Shown piece by piece: positions 43,478 through 47,067 of a stretch of 47,067 nucleotides of DNA. The first letter of the stretch is position 1. Each line of letters begins with the position of its first letter. The position numbers and the translations under genes are program-made. Source of the DNA: a virus (taxonomy: Duplodnaviria; Caudoviricetes); the IMG/VR virus record IMGVR_UViG_3300005764_000026, positions 1-47,067 of that record. One strand, 5' to 3'. The notes beneath the pieces were generated by a model. That model was not told the origin of the DNA and made no database searches. It saw only the letters and a list, made by a program, of their open reading frames with translations.

Positions 43478-44812
43478 TCATTGCGCCGCAGGTCCTTTCG
43501 TGACGTCAATCGAGCCACCGACGGAGGTTTTTTGGACGCCGATCGATCCGCCGCCTTTGGTTCCGTGAAGCGCATTGCCCGCAGGCGTCTTCAACTGGAA
43601 TTCCTGCCGGAATTGGTCTTCGTCGCAACGCAGGCCGAGCTCGTTCGCGGCCCGCGACCAGAGGTCCATGCGCACTTCGGGGCTCGCCTCCTGGATCACG
43701 TGGATCTTGAGCTTCGGCGGCTTGCCCGTTAAACCATTCCACTGGAGAAACGGCTTCGAGACCTGTTGCGCGAACCAGTCGCCCATGCGTTTGGCGTCGG
43801 CGACCACGATATTAAACGACACGTTCTCGTGCACCTTGCCGAGCGCATAGCTTCCCGTCGAGGTTCCCTCGCCCGAGGTGAGCGTCGCGCCGGTAATGAG
43901 CTTCGACATCTCGGCATTGCAGAAATTCGCGAGCGCCGGATGCACGTCCTGGTTCGCGTTCTGATCGGCTTTGGCAAATTCAATCGTGCAGGCCTCATTA
44001 AACGCGGCGTAGCCGTCGCGGCCGATCATCTCGACGGCCTTGCGGAGCGTCGCCTTTTCGATCTCGGGGACGTCGTCCTTGTACTTGCCGACGACGAACG
44101 GCAGGCCGAAGCGCGAAACGAAGGTCACCCAGTCCCGGATCGCCATGCGTTTGAAAAGCGCCCACCAGGTCGCCGTCCGCATGTACCCGGCGCGCACCGT
44201 CAAGCGGTGCGTCCGCGCGTTGAAAAAGTACCGGCCCGGCTCGAGGTATTCGCCGATCATGCTCTCGGGCAAGATGATGCGCGGCCGGCTCGCGATGTCG
44301 AACGTCCACTGCCGGTGCGGCACGTTGTAGAAGTACGTCGGCGCAATGGCGCCGTTTGGCGCCTTGCCCCACAGCATCTCCGCGCCCGCGTAGCCGTACG
44401 CATTGCAATCGAGCTCGTGCTCGATCATGGCGCCGAAGTTCTCGACGGCGTTCATCGCCTCGGCGAGCATCTCGGCGGCGCGGATGTCATCGGGCGAATC
44501 GCCGCCGGCCTGGAGGATCCAGTCCTTGCCGGCCACCGTGTCAATCCTCGTCTCGTAGAGGCTGCGCAGGTGGCCGTCATTTTCAATCACGTCCTCGAAG
44601 AGGTCGCATTGATCGAGCGGTTGCCCCCATTCGGCCGCGTGAAAGATCGAGAGTACGCGGTGCGGCGTGAGCGCGATGCCGGGGTGTGTCGTCCAGCCAG
44701 ACCACCAAGGTTGCTGGTTCGATTGGATGCCTTCGGGCGGCGCGTCCGGGAACGTCGTCGGCCCGACTGGCGTGAAAAACGGAGTGACGATGTTCACGTT
44801 GTTGGCCATCAC
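43478..44812 (-). CDS. portal protein, Mu gp29/DUF935 family
   Basis: LF.D..E.DGHL...R, DW..F..RFGLP..VGKY, N.EMSKLI.G.TLT, SYALG.VH. Confidence 0.9.
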   Translation of the reverse strand: MMANNVNIVTPFFTPVGPTTFPDAPPEGIQSNQQPWWSGWTTHPGIALTPHRVLSIFHAAEWGQPLDQCDLFEDVIENDGHLRSLYETRIDTVAGKDWILQAGGDSPDDIRAAEMLAEAMNAVENFGAMIEHELDCNAYGYAGAEMLWGKAPNGAIAPTYFYNVPHRQWTFDIASRPRIILPESMIGEYLEPGRYFFNARTHRLTVRAGYMRTATWWALFKRMAIRDWVTFVSRFGLPFVVGKYKDDVPEIEKATLRKAVEMIGRDGYAAFNEACTIEFAKADQNANQDVHPALANFCNAEMSKLITGATLTSGEGTSTGSYALGKVHENVSFNIVVADAKRMGDWFAQQVSKPFLQWNGLTGKPPKLKIHVIQEASPEVRMDLWSRAANELGLRCDEDQFRQEFQLKTPAGNALHGTKGGGSIGVQKTSVGGSIDVTKGPAAQ

Positions 44813-46380
44813 AGATCCTCCCAGCCGCCTTTTTCCTTCGGCTTGATCCGATCGAAGCGAAACGGTCCCGTTGCGAGCTTGCGCGGATAGAGCCGGTACA
44901 AAGGGTAACTAAACGCGTCGCAAAGGTGCGCATATTTCGATTGCCGGAACGGTTGCCCGTTCTTTCGCTCCCATTTCCGTAGCGCTTGGTTCAGGTCGAC
45001 GTTCCTCGGGTCGGAGTACACGCGGCGGCGGCCGTCGGCCGCGCACATCCGCGCGTTCGTCACCGCCACGCGCTCGACGATGTCCGGGTTCCGGCGCAGG
45101 CCGCCGTCCGGCAGGTAGATGTTCGTCCACTTGCGCCGGCGCATGACGTCGCAAGAGCCGCGGCCCTTGGTGCGCTCGGCATCTTGCCATTCGCCCGACG
45201 CATCGACGACGCAGGCGACGCGCGCGCCGTCGTAGCCGCGGTTCTCGAGCGCGTCCATGAGATCGTCCTCGTTTCCCTCGACGGTCACCGCGTCGACCGC
45301 CCAGAGGAGCGGCTCGCCATCGGCGTGATCGTCGGCGTAGGTGCGGAAGAAAACCGACGCCATGAACGGATGAATTTGGAAATCGAACCCGGCGATGTAG
45401 TCGTACGCCCGCCCGAACTTCCGTTCGGTGTAGTCGCGCGTCACGTCGCCGACGTCCGGCGTCCTCCGCACGTTCACGTTGGCGTTCCAGCTGTAGAAGC
45501 ACACGGCGACCCGCGGCAAAAACTCGCCGTGCCGTTCGATGCGGTAGGTGCGCTCGTCGACCTCGAGCCGCAAATCGTCGAGCGCTTGTTGGTCCACGAA
45601 CGGATTCCGCGTCGCGTCGATGTGGATGTACTTCGCCGGCCGCCGGCCCGACTGCGTCTCGTCCGCGTAGTCGGCGATCCACTGGCCCGACGCCGTCGTC
45701 GGCGGGTTCGCCGCGAGAATGACGAGGCCGCCTTTGTCGGCCGTCTGCGGCCGAAGGACCGCGAACGCGCGCTCGTCCATCTTCTGCGCTTCGTTCATCA
45801 CCACGAAATCCGCGCGGCCGCGTTTCAGCGATTCGGGGTCATGCGCGGAGCGCAGTGTGATCGTCGACCAATTGGCGAGGAGGAACCGGTACCACGGCGC
45901 GCCGAGCTTCGTGTACCACCTATGCGGCAGCCAATCGAGGAGCGCGAGCTCGAGCTCCTCCGTCTCGGCGATCGATGGCGACACAAGCCACACGCGGCTC
46001 CGCGGCGTGGCAATCGCGTAGGCCACGCCGCACTTCGTCGAGAGATCCGACTTGCCGCCGCGCCGGCCGCCGGCGAGAAGGAGCGAGCGGATGACCTGGC
46101 CGCGCTCGTCGAGATGCCGGCCGGCAAGGTGCGCCTTGAGCCAAAGCGCAAACCACCTTGCCGCATCGTACTGGCCCGGATGAAGCTTCAAGAGCTTCGC
46201 AGTCTCGCCGTTCTCGACGTAGCGCTTGTACTTTCGATCCCACTTGCCACCGACGGCGAGAAAGTGCTCGGACCCGTCGTGCGCGACAAAGTCGGCACGA
46301 AGATCCACGTAGCGCGCACTGTCGTCGGTCTGCTCGGCCCTAATTTGCGCGTAAAGGGCCCGGCGTGCCGTCTGGGACAC
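44809..46380 (-). CDS. terminase large subunit
   Basis: Walker A GGRRGGKS, Walker B-like VVMNEA, AANP, nuclease GFDF, DASG, HLCDAFSY. Confidence 0.85.
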   Translation of the reverse strand: MSQTARRALYAQIRAEQTDDSARYVDLRADFVAHDGSEHFLAVGGKWDRKYKRYVENGETAKLLKLHPGQYDAARWFALWLKAHLAGRHLDERGQVIRSLLLAGGRRGGKSDLSTKCGVAYAIATPRSRVWLVSPSIAETEELELALLDWLPHRWYTKLGAPWYRFLLANWSTITLRSAHDPESLKRGRADFVVMNEAQKMDERAFAVLRPQTADKGGLVILAANPPTTASGQWIADYADETQSGRRPAKYIHIDATRNPFVDQQALDDLRLEVDERTYRIERHGEFLPRVAVCFYSWNANVNVRRTPDVGDVTRDYTERKFGRAYDYIAGFDFQIHPFMASVFFRTYADDHADGEPLLWAVDAVTVEGNEDDLMDALENRGYDGARVACVVDASGEWQDAERTKGRGSCDVMRRRKWTNIYLPDGGLRRNPDIVERVAVTNARMCAADGRRRVYSDPRNVDLNQALRKWERKNGQPFRQSKYAHLCDAFSYPLYRLYPRKLATGPFRFDRIKPKEKGGWEDL

Positions 46381-46933
46381 GCGTCACCTCCGGGTCGACG
46401 TCACTTTCGATGTCCGCCGCATGCGCTCGAATCCGCATCTCGGCATCGTGAATCTCGGCGTACGGCGTCAATGCGGCAATGGCGCGGCCGTACCGCAGAA
46501 TCAGCGCATGCCGCTTCTCCTTCGGCATGCCTTCGTCGCCGATCACCTCCTCGAGCCCCGCGACCATCACCGCCTGCGACCAGATGGCCCGGTTCATCCC
46601 GCCGGCGGGCGCCGCCCCGAGCGCCCGGTACCGTTCAATCGAGCTCACGACGGCGCCGGCCTGCGTTGAGACGAGCTTGCCGGCCGCCGCGATCGCCGGC
46701 GAGAACTTGTGCGCGGCGAGCGCACGACGGTACGCCGAGAGCAGCATTTGCTTTTCACGGGTCGTCCCGGCGCGCTTCCATTGCGCCTCAACGGCGCGAA
46801 TGTCCGCGGCGATCGTCCGATCGTCGACGTCGTGCTCCGCGGCGAGCGTCGCCTTTACCTCGAGCGGCGACGCGCCCGCAAGGAGCAACCGCTCGACTGC
46901 AGCCAGGCGCTCAAGGCGTTCCGTGCGGCTCAT
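46340..46933 (-). CDS. putative terminase small subunit
   Basis: N-terminal HTH (LAAEHDVDDRTIAADI), directly upstream of terL. Confidence 0.6.
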   Translation of the reverse strand: MSRTERLERLAAVERLLLAGASPLEVKATLAAEHDVDDRTIAADIRAVEAQWKRAGTTREKQMLLSAYRRALAAHKFSPAIAAAGKLVSTQAGAVVSSIERYRALGAAPAGGMNRAIWSQAVMVAGLEEVIGDEGMPKEKRHALILRYGRAIAALTPYAEIHDAEMRIRAHAADIESDVDPEVTRVPDGTPGPLRAN

Positions 46934-47067
46934 GTCCGGCCTCCACCTATATGATCCGTGGATCCCAGGGCAGAAATGTCATGCGACATCCATGTCATGT
47001 AGGCATAGGCCTCCGTGTAGGTAAAACAGATCCAAAAACTTACAGACTTGGTTTTCGTGTCCCTGAC

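Overview
This window looks like a complete, GC-rich temperate phage genome in its excised (attP) form, opened just upstream of the terminase genes. The minus strand from 21.6 to 46.9 kb carries a contractile-tail virion module with Mu-like head genes (DUF935 portal, protease/scaffold, gpT-type capsid, gp36). The left arm holds a RuvC-like resolvase, two DNA methyltransferases, a primase-helicase, a cro/cI-like switch, RecT plus exonuclease, a tyrosine integrase and a tRNA-Gly(GCC)-derived attP. Two RNA-guided loci stand out. (1) At 12.7-14.2 kb, a small RAMP/Cas7-like gene and a partner gene are flanked by three arrays of GGH-NN pentamers, each ending in a shared 3' motif. Read as 'two bases specified, one skipped', the variable dinucleotides of all three arrays spell three different conserved segments of a Mu-gpT-type major capsid gene that is related to, but distinct from, this phage's own. 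This suggests a non-contiguous guide code aimed at competing phages. (2) At 18.8-21.6 kb, a Cas12m-like (type V-M/V-U1) gene with an apparently intact RuvC D-E-D triad precedes a 10-repeat CRISPR array. Two spacers match the phage's own Uma2 nuclease gene perfectly, and two others look like diverged homologs of its structural genes. All product calls come from motif recognition by eye, with no database searches.
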